Notes: generated by a model not told the origin, from the letters alone. A stretch of DNA of 64,000 nucleotides from Parcubacteria group bacterium M10-OD1-1 (GCA_003056145.1 LSNL01000006.1:82192-146191), one strand, 5' to 3'. Numbered from the stretch's first letter, positions 42,665-54,896 are shown. Program-made: numbers and translations.

Positions 42665-43036
42665 CTAACTCCTACTTAAAAAGAATAACTCTATTAAAAA
42701 AACTCCTCCGATTACTAAAAGAGCATCCCACCAAATTAGCATTCTAACACTTTGTAAAATTAAAATCCCTACAACTGAAATAGCCAGTAATATTCCTTGC
42801 CGAAAACTTAAACCAACACTAGTAACTGCCACTTCATTGCCTAAGAATTTTCTTCTTAAGAAAAGTAAGAGTAAATTAAACATTCCACTTAAAACAAAAA
42901 AAATCACTAGATAGAACAAAGCTACTCCTAGTAAGCCAGAACTTCTTGGATCAATATAAGCGATAACTATGCCTAAAAAAATAACCGATAAAAGGCTTAT
43001 TATACGTATTCCCCAAATATAAGCTTTCAAGGTCAT
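42665..43036 (-). CDS. Small integral membrane protein (4 predicted TM)
   Basis: 123-aa hydrophobic ORF. Confidence 0.45.
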   Translation of the reverse strand: MTLKAYIWGIRIISLLSVIFLGIVIAYIDPRSSGLLGVALFYLVIFFVLSGMFNLLLLFLRRKFLGNEVAVTSVGLSFRQGILLAISVVGILILQSVRMLIWWDALLVIGGVFLIELFFLSRS

Positions 43037-43228
43037 ATTATTCTATTAAATATAGTTGGCTTAAAAATTTTGAATTTAATTCCAATAATTGGTCTTTACT
43101 AATCAATTATAGCCTTTCTTAGCTAACCATGCAAGCATGTAATTGCTAATAAAATAATTATTCTCCCATTAAAAAATCCAGTCGTTTGAATCAACAACTG
43201 GATAAAATTCTACTTCACCTCAATAATA

Positions 43229-43492
43229 TTAACATTGAAATATCCTTTTTAAGAATGGGATCTTTATTCTCCATTTTCCGCTCTGAACATCATTTGCCTT
43301 AAAAAGCAACAACCCCTTTGATGTATACACATCCACATTGATAGGGATGTCCATAGACTCAAACGAGACGAGTGACTCAATAATATACTGTAACTCTGTT
43401 TTCTGAGTAGAGTTTACTCTAATTGTTATATTTTTTCTTCTTCTGATAAAATCATTTCTGACCTGTCCCTTTTCCATAATTCTCCTCCTCAT
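43229..43492 (-). CDS. Hypothetical small basic protein
   Basis: 87-aa ORF whose composition is less AT-rich than its neighbours. Confidence 0.35.
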   Translation of the reverse strand: MRRRIMEKGQVRNDFIRRRKNITIRVNSTQKTELQYIIESLVSFESMDIPINVDVYTSKGLLLFKANDVQSGKWRIKIPFLKRIFQC

Positions 43493-43693
43493 AATAATAT
43501 TTTTAAAAAACTTCTACTTTGTCCTTAAATTTTGGACTGCTTATAATAGCTTCTTTCAATTTTTTTGTCAATACTTCACAATAAATCAGGAAAAGTTTTA
43601 TCTACAGCAAAAAATTTTTCTTTTATTTTTTTATAAAAACAGGATTGAGAAATAGTTATTTCTCAATCCAACATTTAAAATATTTGCATTTTA

Positions 43694-44278
43694 TTAAACA
43701 ACTTCTAGGCGAATAGACTCGCTTGATGAAGGATTAGAAGACGGAACATAACTTAGTGTTGCTCCACCTATAATAAAACTTTTTACTTTTTTAAGAGAAA
43801 CTTCCTGATGCCATTTTTTCCTCTTAATTCGAGAAAATCTTAGAAACTCATGACCATATTTCTTTAGCTTTATTTCTAAAATAAAAGGGAAGCTAAGGCT
43901 CAATGAAATCATAGAAATTATATAATAAAGCTCTCTCTCCCCAATCAAATAATTTGATTCACTATTAACTACTTTGAAATCTTCTCTCCATTGTCCACTG
44001 GAGATATCATCTTCTGTTAAAAATATAGGATCCTCTAAATCATTACCTAATAAAACCTCCACCGCCGAATGAAATCCAGAAGCTTCTAAAGAAGATAACA
44101 ATCTAAGAGTACACCTTTCATTTTCTTGAATACAAATAAACGGCGAACGAGTTTTTTCCTGTTTATCTCCCAAAGGAAACTCGATAGTTTTTGAAGAAAA
44201 TCCTGCTTTTCGTAATATTTTTTCTAACTCTGCCTTTCTCTCTTCCCAGCAACAACCATAAATTTGAATTTTTTTCAT
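43694..44278 (-). CDS. Hypothetical protein
   Basis: 194-aa ORF with an ATG start and no recognised motif. Confidence 0.45.
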   Translation of the reverse strand: MKKIQIYGCCWEERKAELEKILRKAGFSSKTIEFPLGDKQEKTRSPFICIQENERCTLRLLSSLEASGFHSAVEVLLGNDLEDPIFLTEDDISSGQWREDFKVVNSESNYLIGERELYYIISMISLSLSFPFILEIKLKKYGHEFLRFSRIKRKKWHQEVSLKKVKSFIIGGATLSYVPSSNPSSSESIRLEVV

Positions 44279-44768
44279 CTCAACTCTCCTGATAATAAAT
44301 TTTTATAATTTAGTTTCTCTTTGTTTCAAGAAACTAATTGACAAAGAACCACCTTATTATGCATTCATTAAGCTATTTTGTCAACTTTTCTCAGACAAAG
44401 TTACAGAACCAAGCAATATAAAGCCATTCGTTTAAACTGCTTCTCCGATTAAATTTTATTTACCTTAACTGTAGAATTGCACACTTTACACAAAGTTTTT
44501 TGTATTCTAATAATAGATTAAAAAAATTAGACGAAATTAAAATCAAAAAAATTCGTCCATTATCACTCTTTTAATTTTAAATTACTAAGTTTCGGAAGTC
44601 CTCAAAAATATTATATTTTATAATTCTTGTAATAAATTATTTTCTGTAAAAATTTTGCTTTTAAAATTTATCTTCAATAGAACTTTGGCTGACAATTTCA
44701 GTAAAATTATAAGTGGACCGAAAATTCATAAACGACAGATTTTACACAAAAAGGACTGAAACCGTAAA

Positions 44769-44845
44769 TGGCGGGGACGAAGGGACTCGAACCCTCGACC
44801 TACTGCGTGACAGGCAGTCGCTCTAACCAGCTGAGCTACGCCCCC
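44769..44845 (-). tRNA. tRNA-Asp (anticodon GTC), CCA encoded
   Basis: The reverse complement GGGGGCGTAGCTCAGCTGGTTAGAGCGACTGCCTGTCACGCAGTAGGTCGAGGGTTCGAGTCCCTTCGTCCCCGCCA is close to the canonical bacterial tRNA-Asp. Confidence 0.85.
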
Positions 44846-44932
44846 GTAAATATTATTTTAAACCTACTAGCTATTAAATTTAATAAAAAAAACGGACTAG
44901 CTATTAAAAAAATAAAGCAAATTATTTTTATG

Positions 44933-45006
44933 TACCAGGAGTGAGAATCGAACTCACGACCTCAGGCTTATGAGTCCTGCGCTCTAACCAACTGAGCTAT
45001 CCTGGC
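44933..45006 (-). tRNA. tRNA-Met (anticodon CAT; elongator Met or lysidine-modified Ile2)
   Basis: The reverse complement GCCAGGATAGCTCAGTTGGTTAGAGCGCAGGACTCATAAGCCTGAGGTCGTGAGTTCGATTCTCACTCCTGGTA has the anticodon loop CTCATAA. No CCA is encoded. Confidence 0.75.
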
Positions 45007-45037
45007 TTATTAGTTACCTGGATTTTGACCTTATTTG

Positions 45038-45111
45038 TTGCGGGGGTTGGATTCGAACCAACGACCTGGTGGTTATGAGCCACCCGAGCTACCAGACTGC
45101 TCTACCCCGCT
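45038..45111 (-). tRNA. tRNA-fMet-like initiator (anticodon CAT)
   Basis: The reverse complement AGCGGGGTAGAGCAGTCTGGTAGCTCGGGTGGCTCATAACCACCAGGTCGTTGGTTCGAATCCAACCCCCGCAA has strong identity to E. coli tRNA-fMet, including the unpaired 1:72 (A:A) and A73. No CCA is encoded. Confidence 0.7.
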
Positions 45112-45196
45112 ATGTTTTACATCTATAAAAACTATTTGCAATTGTAATTGTAATTCTATTTCATTTTTCTCGGACTGTCAATTTATTTTTTTCAAC

Positions 45197-45730
45197 TCAA
45201 TCCAAAACTTCAAACTCCTTTAAAAAACTTTCGTAATAACCAATAATTTCCTTTGCTTCTTTTTTGTCCACTTTAAAATCGTCCTCATGGATAACTCTAT
45301 TTCTCAATTGATGAGCCTTTCTTAGTTCTTCAATACTCTCAATTTGTCCTGGGTTTATTTTTGATAAACGGTCTTCTAAATTTTCTCCTTCATATTTCAT
45401 TCTTTTAACTAAATCATCAATAATATTATCAGCTTCAATGATAGCCACTTTATATAATGATTCGTTGTTCCCCTCAATCTTTTCTCTAATTTTAGACCAT
45501 TTTTTTCTTAATCTATTTTTATGAGTTGTCAGTTCAGCTGGAACATTCATCCCGATTAAAGTATCTCTCAAGTCACCACCTAAGCCTCTCTGAAAAAGTA
45601 AAAGAATTATATCTACAAAAAGCACCACTACATAAATACCCAAAATAAATTCTATCACTGAAAAAAAAGTTGAATTATAAAAATTCATAATATTTTTATC
45701 GAAGTTATTTAAAAAATTTAATAGTAACAT
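45197..45730 (-). CDS. Hypothetical membrane-anchored protein
   Basis: 177 aa. An N-terminal TM (FFSVIEFILGIYVVVLFVDIILLLF) is followed by a charged soluble domain. Confidence 0.45.
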   Translation of the reverse strand: MLLLNFLNNFDKNIMNFYNSTFFSVIEFILGIYVVVLFVDIILLLFQRGLGGDLRDTLIGMNVPAELTTHKNRLRKKWSKIREKIEGNNESLYKVAIIEADNIIDDLVKRMKYEGENLEDRLSKINPGQIESIEELRKAHQLRNRVIHEDDFKVDKKEAKEIIGYYESFLKEFEVLD

Positions 45731-45759
45731 TTTTTAAAATTTAAGTTAGCTAGTTTTAA

Positions 45760-47223
45760 TTAATTATTTTTTCTAGTTTCCCAAGCATGAGCCACCTTCA
45801 ACAAGTTTTCTTCATCAAACCATTTTCCCATCAATTGAAAACCTATTGGCATTTTTTTATCCTCTACTTTTATTTTTCCTGCTGGAACCGAAATAGCGGG
45901 TAAACCAGCAATATTAGCAGTAATAGTGAAAATATCGGCTAAATACATCTCTAAAGGATCATGAGATTTTTCTCCTAACTTAAAAGCAGGAGTTGGAGTA
46001 GTAGGAGTTAAAATTAAATCAACTTTTTGAAAAGCCTTTTCAAAATCTTTTTTAATAAGAGTTCTGACTTTTTGAGCACGAAGATAATAGGCATCATAAT
46101 AGCCAGAGCTTAAAGCATAGGTTCCTAACATTATTCGCCTCTTAACTTCCTGCCCTAATCCATATTGACGAGTATCTAAATAAGTTTCCAATAATGTTTT
46201 AGGAAGATTACTGATATTTTCTAACTGAGTTTTTTCTTTATCATCCATTCGTAAGCCATATTTTATTCCATCAAAACGAGCCAGATTAGAGCTAGTTTCA
46301 CAAGGTTGAATTATATAATAAGTTGCTAAAGAATATTTAGCATAAGGCAATTCAATTTCTTGAATTTCAGCTCCCATTTTTTTATAATCTTCAATTACTT
46401 TTTCTATTTTTTTTCTGACTTCAGGATTCAAACCTTCAAAATATTCCTTTACCACTCCAATTTTTAATCCTTTAACTCCTCCTGTTAAATAATTTTCATA
46501 TTGCTTGCTAAAATCTGGAGATGAAGTAGCGTCCATAGTATTACTACCGGCAATAGCACTTAAAATTATAGCCGAGTCCTCTACTGTTTTAGTAATAGGA
46601 CCAATTTGATCAAAACTAGAAGCCATTGCTAGAAGCCCATAGCGAGAAACCCTTCCGTAAGTAGGTTTTAAACCAACTACTCCGCAAAACGAAGCTGGTT
46701 GACGAATTGATCCTCCAGTATCAGACCCTAGTGACCAAACAGCTTCATCACTAGCCACCGCAGCCGCTGAACCACCAGAAGAACCACCTGGCACTCTTTC
46801 TAAATCATAAGGATTTTTGGTCGCTCCATAAAAACTATTTTCAGTAGAGGAACCCATAGCGAACTCATCTAAATTCGTTTTGCCTAAAATAACAGCTTCT
46901 TGTTTGTTTAGTTTTGTAATTACTGTTGCATTATACGGAGCAATATAATTATCTAAAATTTTAGAAGCAGCTGTAGTTTTCACCCCTTTCATACAAATAA
47001 CATCTTTTATCGCCCCTGGTATTCCAGCTAATAAACCAATCTTTTCCCCTTTTTTCACTTTTTCATCCACTCTCTGAGCTTGACTCAAAGCTCCTTCTTT
47101 GATCAAAGTTAAATAAGCTATAATATCCTTGTCTTTTTTTTCAATGGTTTGAAAATATTTCTCAGTTAGTTGTACTGAGGTAATTTTTCCATTTATTATT
47201 TTTTCGTGTAATTCTCTAATCAA
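45760..47223 (-). CDS. gatA: Glutamyl-tRNA(Gln) amidotransferase subunit A
   Basis: Amidase signature GGSSGGSAAAVA and the Ser-cisSer-Lys context. The apparent start is a TTG. Confidence 0.88.
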   Translation of the reverse strand: MIRELHEKIINGKITSVQLTEKYFQTIEKKDKDIIAYLTLIKEGALSQAQRVDEKVKKGEKIGLLAGIPGAIKDVICMKGVKTTAASKILDNYIAPYNATVITKLNKQEAVILGKTNLDEFAMGSSTENSFYGATKNPYDLERVPGGSSGGSAAAVASDEAVWSLGSDTGGSIRQPASFCGVVGLKPTYGRVSRYGLLAMASSFDQIGPITKTVEDSAIILSAIAGSNTMDATSSPDFSKQYENYLTGGVKGLKIGVVKEYFEGLNPEVRKKIEKVIEDYKKMGAEIQEIELPYAKYSLATYYIIQPCETSSNLARFDGIKYGLRMDDKEKTQLENISNLPKTLLETYLDTRQYGLGQEVKRRIMLGTYALSSGYYDAYYLRAQKVRTLIKKDFEKAFQKVDLILTPTTPTPAFKLGEKSHDPLEMYLADIFTITANIAGLPAISVPAGKIKVEDKKMPIGFQLMGKWFDEENLLKVAHAWETRKNN

Positions 47224-47305
47224 GGTTTTAAATTTAAGGATTAAATATTGAATAAAAATTAAGTCATTGACTATTTTATTATTTTAGAAAATAACAATTT
47301 TGCTT

Positions 47306-47587
47306 TCATAAAACGCTTCTAACTTTATTATATTCATCTTTACTTTCTGGAAAAAGATTGATAATTTCTTTTTTATTAGGAAACTCATAATCTTTATCTT
47401 CTCTAACTATATTTTTTCTCCCAATAATATGAGCTGTCGGTTCTACTCCGTCGATATCTACTTCTTTCAATTGGTCTATCCATTCTAAAATATTAGATAA
47501 GTCCTGAGAAAAACTTTCTAGTTCATCCTCTGTCGCTCCTATTCTTGCTAAACTAGCGATATGTTGAACTTCTTTTTTAGTTATCAT
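47306..47587 (-). CDS. gatC: Glutamyl-tRNA(Gln) amidotransferase subunit C
   Basis: 93-aa protein with V.H.A.LARI...E.E.....L..IL..ID.L, the GatC pattern, located immediately upstream of gatA. Confidence 0.8.
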   Translation of the reverse strand: MITKKEVQHIASLARIGATEDELESFSQDLSNILEWIDQLKEVDIDGVEPTAHIIGRKNIVREDKDYEFPNKKEIINLFPESKDEYNKVRSVL

Positions 47588-47609
47588 AATTTTTTAATTT
47601 TATTTTTAA

Positions 47610-49748
<2,139 letters not shown>

Positions 49749-49785
49749 CTATCTAAAATTTGATTTAAAAATTAAATAAAGTAAT

Positions 49786-50262
49786 TTAAGGAAAAACTAC
49801 TGCTGCGTCTACTGATCTTCTCATTTTTCCCATCAATCCAATAGATTTTATCCTCTTGATAGAAGTAAGTTCATTCCCAGTAGTAGAAATTAACGGCAAT
49901 CCATTGCAATCAATTTGGTTACCATCTATATCTAACAATTCTACTTGATAGTCAATTGTTTTAATTAAACCATTGCTTTGGCAGTCATTAAAATTAGCGA
50001 AAGTTCCTGAATTAATATTATAATAATTAGTAGAGATATCATACATCACTTTTTCCACCCCTGTATCAGCTGATTGAAATGCCTGGCTAGAAGTAACTGC
50101 ATTTAAAGCAACTTTTTTATTCGTCAAAGAAACTGATAGCATTCCTAACGTAGTAATTAAAATCGCTGATAAAATCAAAAGTGTTACTATCAACGCTGAC
50201 GCTTGCAGTTTAACTGTTTGAAAATTTTTATTTTTTTTCTTAGCTAAATTATTTTTTTTCAT
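49786..50262 (-). CDS. Putative minor pilin / pilus-associated protein (ComGG/PilX-like), non-canonical N-terminus
   Basis: N-terminal hydrophobic helix LQASALIVTLLILSAILITTL. It lacks the G-F-T/S-L-I-E prepilin box, and Glu5 is absent. It sits in the pilin gene array. Confidence 0.4.
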   Translation of the reverse strand: MKKNNLAKKKNKNFQTVKLQASALIVTLLILSAILITTLGMLSVSLTNKKVALNAVTSSQAFQSADTGVEKVMYDISTNYYNINSGTFANFNDCQSNGLIKTIDYQVELLDIDGNQIDCNGLPLISTTGNELTSIKRIKSIGLMGKMRRSVDAAVVFP

Positions 50263-50279
50263 TTTTAATAATTTATTAT

Positions 50280-50837
50280 CTATTGAATTATGTCAAAATA
50301 GTCCCTAAAAGAAGCTGTTAACTGGAGATGATCAGTCCCATCTACTGTCATAATGACAGTCACCATCCCAATTTTATCAGTAGCTATATCGGTTTTTATT
50401 ACATTGAACTGTCCAGTAGTTTTTTTCATTATAGCAACATACGCACTATATGATACATCCGCTGGTTTACAAGATACACCACCAGAATTTAAATCATAAT
50501 AAGGAGTAGCTGTCGCCATCTGTAGTTCTTGATTATTATTATCAAATTTATATTCAATACAAATCTGTTGTGAAGCATTAAACATATAAACTCCCGTTTG
50601 ATCGCCAGCAATAATATAATCTAATTGATTACTCATTTTCATATTTTTAGCCATTAGTTCTAAAGAAGTAGTAGCTGATTCTAAATCTTGTTGTACTTTC
50701 TGAGATTTTTTTTCTACTAGAACTATACTAGAAAAAACTGAAATAGAAACTAACGTTATCAAAGAAAAAATGAAAATAGCTATTACCATTTCTATTAAAG
50801 AGAACCCTGGATATATTTTTTGTTTTTTATTTTTCAT
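50280..50837 (-). CDS. Type IV minor pilin (prepilin-type N-terminal cleavage/methylation domain)
   Basis: YPGFSLIEMVIAIFIFSLI prepilin box. Confidence 0.7.
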   Translation of the reverse strand: MKNKKQKIYPGFSLIEMVIAIFIFSLITLVSISVFSSIVLVEKKSQKVQQDLESATTSLELMAKNMKMSNQLDYIIAGDQTGVYMFNASQQICIEYKFDNNNQELQMATATPYYDLNSGGVSCKPADVSYSAYVAIMKKTTGQFNVIKTDIATDKIGMVTVIMTVDGTDHLQLTASFRDYFDIIQ

Positions 50838-50870
50838 TGAAATAATTTAGCTAAAAATAATTTGTCTTTT

Positions 50871-51452
50871 TTAATTAAGAACCCATTTCGTTAGAGTAAC
50901 CTTTTCTAATACACACTGTTGACTGACTACGCAAGGGACTGGAAAAGTATTTCTTCCCCAAATAACTGCACTACTAATCTCTGCCTCATCAGCTGCAGTA
51001 CTATCACTAGCCAAAGAGCCATCTATTTTTAAATATTTAATCTCAATTTTTCTTCTGAAACTGGTGTCCAGTCCAGAATTATAATTATATATTTTTGATC
51101 CACTGTCATATTTTAGTAAAAAACTACTGTTACTGCATGACACAGAGGATGGTGAAGCAACATCAATTCTGCAATTTGTCTCGGAAGTACTAGGAAAAGG
51201 ACTATCAAAAGTATGTGAAGAATCTTTATTGTTTTGTGCCCAATTATTATCTCTAATATTTCTAATTAATTCAACTCCTTCTTGAGCTAAAAAGACTGCC
51301 TTAGTCTGTTTTCTATTCCCAAAAGTATTCTTAATATTTTTAGACATTAATTGTAAAACCGCCATCATCCCAACTAAAATGATGAAGGTTGCAATTACGC
51401 TTTCAATAAAAGAAAAACCCTGATACTTTTGATTTCTAATTTTTTTCTTCAT
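50871..51452 (-). CDS. Type IV minor pilin
   Basis: QGFSFIESVIATFILVGMM prepilin box. The ATG is at 51450-51452; the 51470 start in the track is a TTG. Confidence 0.7.
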   Translation of the reverse strand: MKKKIRNQKYQGFSFIESVIATFIILVGMMAVLQLMSKNIKNTFGNRKQTKAVFLAQEGVELIRNIRDNNWAQNNKDSSHTFDSPFPSTSETNCRIDVASPSSVSCSNSSFLLKYDSGSKIYNYNSGLDTSFRRKIEIKYLKIDGSLASDSTAADEAEISSAVIWGRNTFPVPCVVSQQCVLEKVTLTKWVLN

Positions 51453-51466
51453 TTGAAAAATTTTGA

Positions 51467-52015
51467 TCAATTATTAGTTATGAGCCCGCCAGTGTTAATA
51501 GTTATTTTTTTTTCTTGAATACCATTTTTAAAATCTAAAATCAGAGAAGAAGCTATAGGGCTAAAAGTAACATCCGCATTAGGAATACCAAAGTATATTT
51601 TAGCATCACCTGGGATCGGACTATTTAAAACTACCGCTTTTTTTAAGTTATATTGTTCCATTAAGGTTTCTGAAATTGTTGTATTACCGATTTGACATGC
51701 TCCAGCACCATTAACTGTGTCAGTATAATAAAATATTTCATATTGGGTAGTATTAATAAATTTAAAACCATATCCACATAAAGTTCCAGAATAACCTCCA
51801 TTTGGAATTATCCCCTGTAAAGAATAATTTTGAGCTTTTTTGATAACAGCTTTAACCTTTGATTGACTATTTTTCAAAGCTGAATTTTCTCTCAGAGAAG
51901 CTAGAATATTAAAAGATACGACCGCTAAAATAGAGATGATAGCAATAGACACCATCAATTCTAATAAGGTAAACCCTGAGCTAAAATTTATTTTTTTTAA
52001 AAAAATTCTATTCAT
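51467..52015 (-). CDS. Type IV minor pilin
   Basis: SGFTLLELMVSIAIISIL prepilin box. Confidence 0.7.
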   Translation of the reverse strand: MNRIFLKKINFSSGFTLLELMVSIAIISILAVVSFNILASLRENSALKNSQSKVKAVIKKAQNYSLQGIIPNGGYSGTLCGYGFKFINTTQYEIFYYTDTVNGAGACQIGNTTISETLMEQYNLKKAVVLNSPIPGDAKIYFGIPNADVTFSPIASSLILDFKNGIQEKKITINTGGLITNN

Positions 52016-52022
52016 TATCTCT

Positions 52023-52850
52023 TTAAATATTCCAAAAAAGCCTTATGTACCATTGAATTATTGGGGCATAAAAAAACAATGTTATAAAAGTTCCTACAAC
52101 TAGGAAAGGAGCAAAGGGAATCTGACTTTTCATTTCTTTCTTTTTTAAACTAAGCATCACTATTCCATAAATAGCTCCGATAAAAAAAGCCAAAAAAAGA
52201 GCTAACACTATTTTAGGAAAACCTAGTAATAATCCCAGAAAAATTACTAAATAAGCATCACCCATTCCCATCCATTTTTCCTTAGAAAAAACTGATAGAG
52301 AAAAGAAGAAGAGAAAAGCCACTAAAGCCGCTAAAACACCTGAATAAATTTTCATATTCAATAAATTATTTGTTGTCATTCTTTGAATAATTACATTCTG
52401 ACTTAAAGAAGCCCAATCAAAATACAATCCAAAAACTATAGCTATAAAAATTGCTACCCAAAGAACAATAGCTGGAATTTCCAAATATAACCAATCATAA
52501 ACTAAAATTGTAATTAAAATACCGGTAGCAATAAAATAATAAAGGGTTAAGATCCAAGTAGAAAAATCATTAAAATTAAAAAACTTATAACCGATAAAAG
52601 CGAAAATTAAACCAGTAAAAATTTCTACTATGGGATATTGCCAAGATATTTTTTCTCGACAATCACGACAACGAGATTTTAACAAAAGAAAACTTAAAAC
52701 TGGGATATTATCATACCAACGGATTTGATGCTGACAATGAGGACATTTAGAACGATCCCAAATAAGTTCCTCTGCACTATGCACTCTATAAATTAAAACA
52801 TTTACAAAGCTTCCGATAATTAAACCTAGGACTAAAAAAATAAATATCAT
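52023..52850 (-). CDS. pilD: Prepilin peptidase (A24 family) with N-terminal Zn-binding CxxC pairs
   Basis: CPHCQHQIRWYDNIPVLSFLLLKSRCRDC, and a polytopic membrane domain carrying the conserved Asp residues. Confidence 0.85.
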   Translation of the reverse strand: MIFIFLVLGLIIGSFVNVLIYRVHSAEELIWDRSKCPHCQHQIRWYDNIPVLSFLLLKSRCRDCREKISWQYPIVEIFTGLIFAFIGYKFFNFNDFSTWILTLYYFIATGILITILVYDWLYLEIPAIVLWVAIFIAIVFGLYFDWASLSQNVIIQRMTTNNLLNMKIYSGVLAALVAFLFFFSLSVFSKEKWMGMGDAYLVIFLGLLLGFPKIVLALFLAFFIGAIYGIVMLSLKKKEMKSQIPFAPFLVVGTFITLFFYAPIIQWYIRLFWNI

Positions 52851-53041
52851 ACGGTTAGATTTTTCTAATTAATTTAGTTACAAAAAATGACATTAAAAAC
52901 TTTATCTGCCTGCGGTCATAAAAGACCGCAGGTAAAAAAATTTTCAACTTAGCTAAATCAAATAAATTTCTATTATGATTTTAGCTAAATATTTTTGAAA
53001 ACTTATTCGTCTTGTACAGCTAAGTAATATTCAACCTCAGA

Positions 53042-53482
53042 CTACATTGTACATCCAACAGGAGGAGTCATACCACTTGTTGTAATTGTCCAAGCATTAT
53101 TACAATTAGTGCCCGAAAAAGTGTTAGCTGCTGGAGTTACTGTTATAGCAGGACTGTTATTAACACAAGAAGCTACTGAAGCAGCCCAGGTTACTCCAGG
53201 AATCTTTAATTGAGTTGCAGTAGGTAATAAAACGCCTACGGCAGCTGAACAAAGATCTCCTCCACCAGCAGCTGGATTAGCTACTAAACTATGACTAGCA
53301 TCATCACAACACATAGTAATAGCTGGAGCAACAGAAGCTATAGTAGATTTAAAAGAAGCGACTCTAGCCTTTTCTCTTGCGCTATTTAAACTAACCAAGA
53401 CAATGGAAGCCAAAATACCAATGATTGCAATAACAATCAAAAGTTCAATCAATGTAAAACCTTGCTTATTTTCTTTTTTCAT
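53042..53482 (-). CDS. pilA: Type IV major pilin (Cys-rich, Ala/Thr/Gly-rich)
   Basis: [22 protein letters not shown] canonical class III signal and alpha1 helix. The protein is 146 aa with six Cys. The gene is locally GC-richer than the genome. Confidence 0.8.
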   Translation of the reverse strand: MKKENKQGFTLIELLIVIAIIGILASIVLVSLNSAREKARVASFKSTIASVAPAITMCCDDASHSLVANPAAGGGDLCSAAVGVLLPTATQLKIPGVTWAASVASCVNNSPAITVTPAANTFSGTNCNNAWTITTSGMTPPVGCTM

Positions 53483-53582
53483 ATTTTCACCTCCATTTCT
53501 ATTTTTTATTTATTATACTTTCTATTAAAATCAATCATTTATCTAAATTTATTGAAAACTATCTATTACCCAACCATATTTT

Positions 53583-54794
53583 TTATTTTATCTGTCCAGC
53601 AATATTATAGATTGGCATTAAAATTGAAAAAGCAATAAAACCAACCGAAACTCCAATTACCACCATTAATACTGGTTCCAGCAAAGAAGCTAAATTTCTA
53701 GCCATAATCTCTGTTTCTTGATCATAGAACTTCGCAATATGCTTAAGGACTGAATCAATCTGCCCCGATTCTTCTCCAATAGCTATCATTCTAGAAACCA
53801 TTGGAGGAATAATCTCTTCTCGCTGAAAAATAATACTCATATTCCCACCTTTTTTAATTTCTTTGCTTGCCTTTAATAAAATATCTTTATAAACATCGTT
53901 GTCTACTAAATCACCTACTATAGCTAACGCTCTAATAATTGGAATTCCTCCTTCCAAAAGAACCGCTAGATTTTCTGCTAATCTGGTAATATAGACATAC
54001 CGATAAATAACTCCAACTATCGGTATTTTAATTTTAATATGATCCCACTCTCTTTTTCCATCTTTGGTTTTTAAATAGTACAAAATTAAACCGACAAAAC
54101 CGATGATAAAAATTCCGACTATCCACCAATATTTAGACATAAAATCTCCTAGATTAATCACCAATTGAGTATACCAAGGAACATTAGCTGATAATTCTTT
54201 AATAATTAAAGTTAGCTTAGGAATAATAAAAGAGACTAAAAGAAAACCAATAATAAAGAAAACAATCATAACAATCATCGGGTAAATCAAAGCTGATTTA
54301 ATCCGACTACTTAGCTCATAATTTCTTTCTAAATTTTTTGTTATATAATCAATAGATTTTTTTAAATTACCTGAAGCCTCACCCGCTCTCAAAATATAGA
54401 CTGAGAAATTAGAGAAAATGTCTTGATGTTTTTCCGTAGCTGAAGAAAAAGACATTCCATCCTCTATTTCAGTTACTATTTCTTTAATTACATTGGCAAA
54501 ATAAACATTAGCTGTTTGCTCTTGAATAGTTTTTAGAGAAAAAACAATTGGCACTCTTGCCTCAATCAAAATAGATAATTGTCGGAAGAAAACAACTAGT
54601 TCTTTATTGCTAACTTTATCAAAATATTTAGAAATATTTTTTGCAATATCCGCATCTTCTTTTTGGGATTTTAAGCTGGTAACAACTAAATTATTTTTTT
54701 GTAAAATAGAAACTGCTATCTCCTTAGAAGAAGCGTCTATCGTTCCTTTTTTGTATTCTCCTGTTTGAGATTTAGCTTCAAAGTTAAATTTCAT
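53583..54794 (-). CDS. pilC: Type IV pilus platform protein (GspF/PilC family)
   Basis: 403 aa with two T2SSF repeats and 3 TM. Adjacent to pilT and pilB. Confidence 0.8.
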   Translation of the reverse strand: MKFNFEAKSQTGEYKKGTIDASSKEIAVSILQKNNLVVTSLKSQKEDADIAKNISKYFDKVSNKELVVFFRQLSILIEARVPIVFSLKTIQEQTANVYFANVIKEIVTEIEDGMSFSSATEKHQDIFSNFSVYILRAGEASGNLKKSIDYITKNLERNYELSSRIKSALIYPMIVMIVFFIIGFLLVSFIIPKLTLIIKELSANVPWYTQLVINLGDFMSKYWWIVGIFIIGFVGLILYYLKTKDGKREWDHIKIKIPIVGVIYRYVYITRLAENLAVLLEGGIPIIRALAIVGDLVDNDVYKDILLKASKEIKKGGNMSIIFQREEIIPPMVSRMIAIGEESGQIDSVLKHIAKFYDQETEIMARNLASLLEPVLMVVIGVSVGFIAFSILMPIYNIAGQIK

Positions 54795-54896
54795 ATTTTA
54801 TATTTTTGTATCTTTTATGAATAGCAAAGTTATCTTTCTTACTCTTTTATATTAGCATAAAATAATCACTGCAACAAACATTTTAACTATTTACAC

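Noticed and set aside
45035-45223. Plus-strand 62-aa ORF
   Set aside because: It overlaps the antisense of two tRNA genes (44933-45111), so it is not a real CDS.
51467-51470. 4-bp overlap between two minor pilin genes implied by the ORF track
   Set aside because: The 51470 start is a TTG. The likely real start is the ATG at 51450-51452, which removes the overlap.
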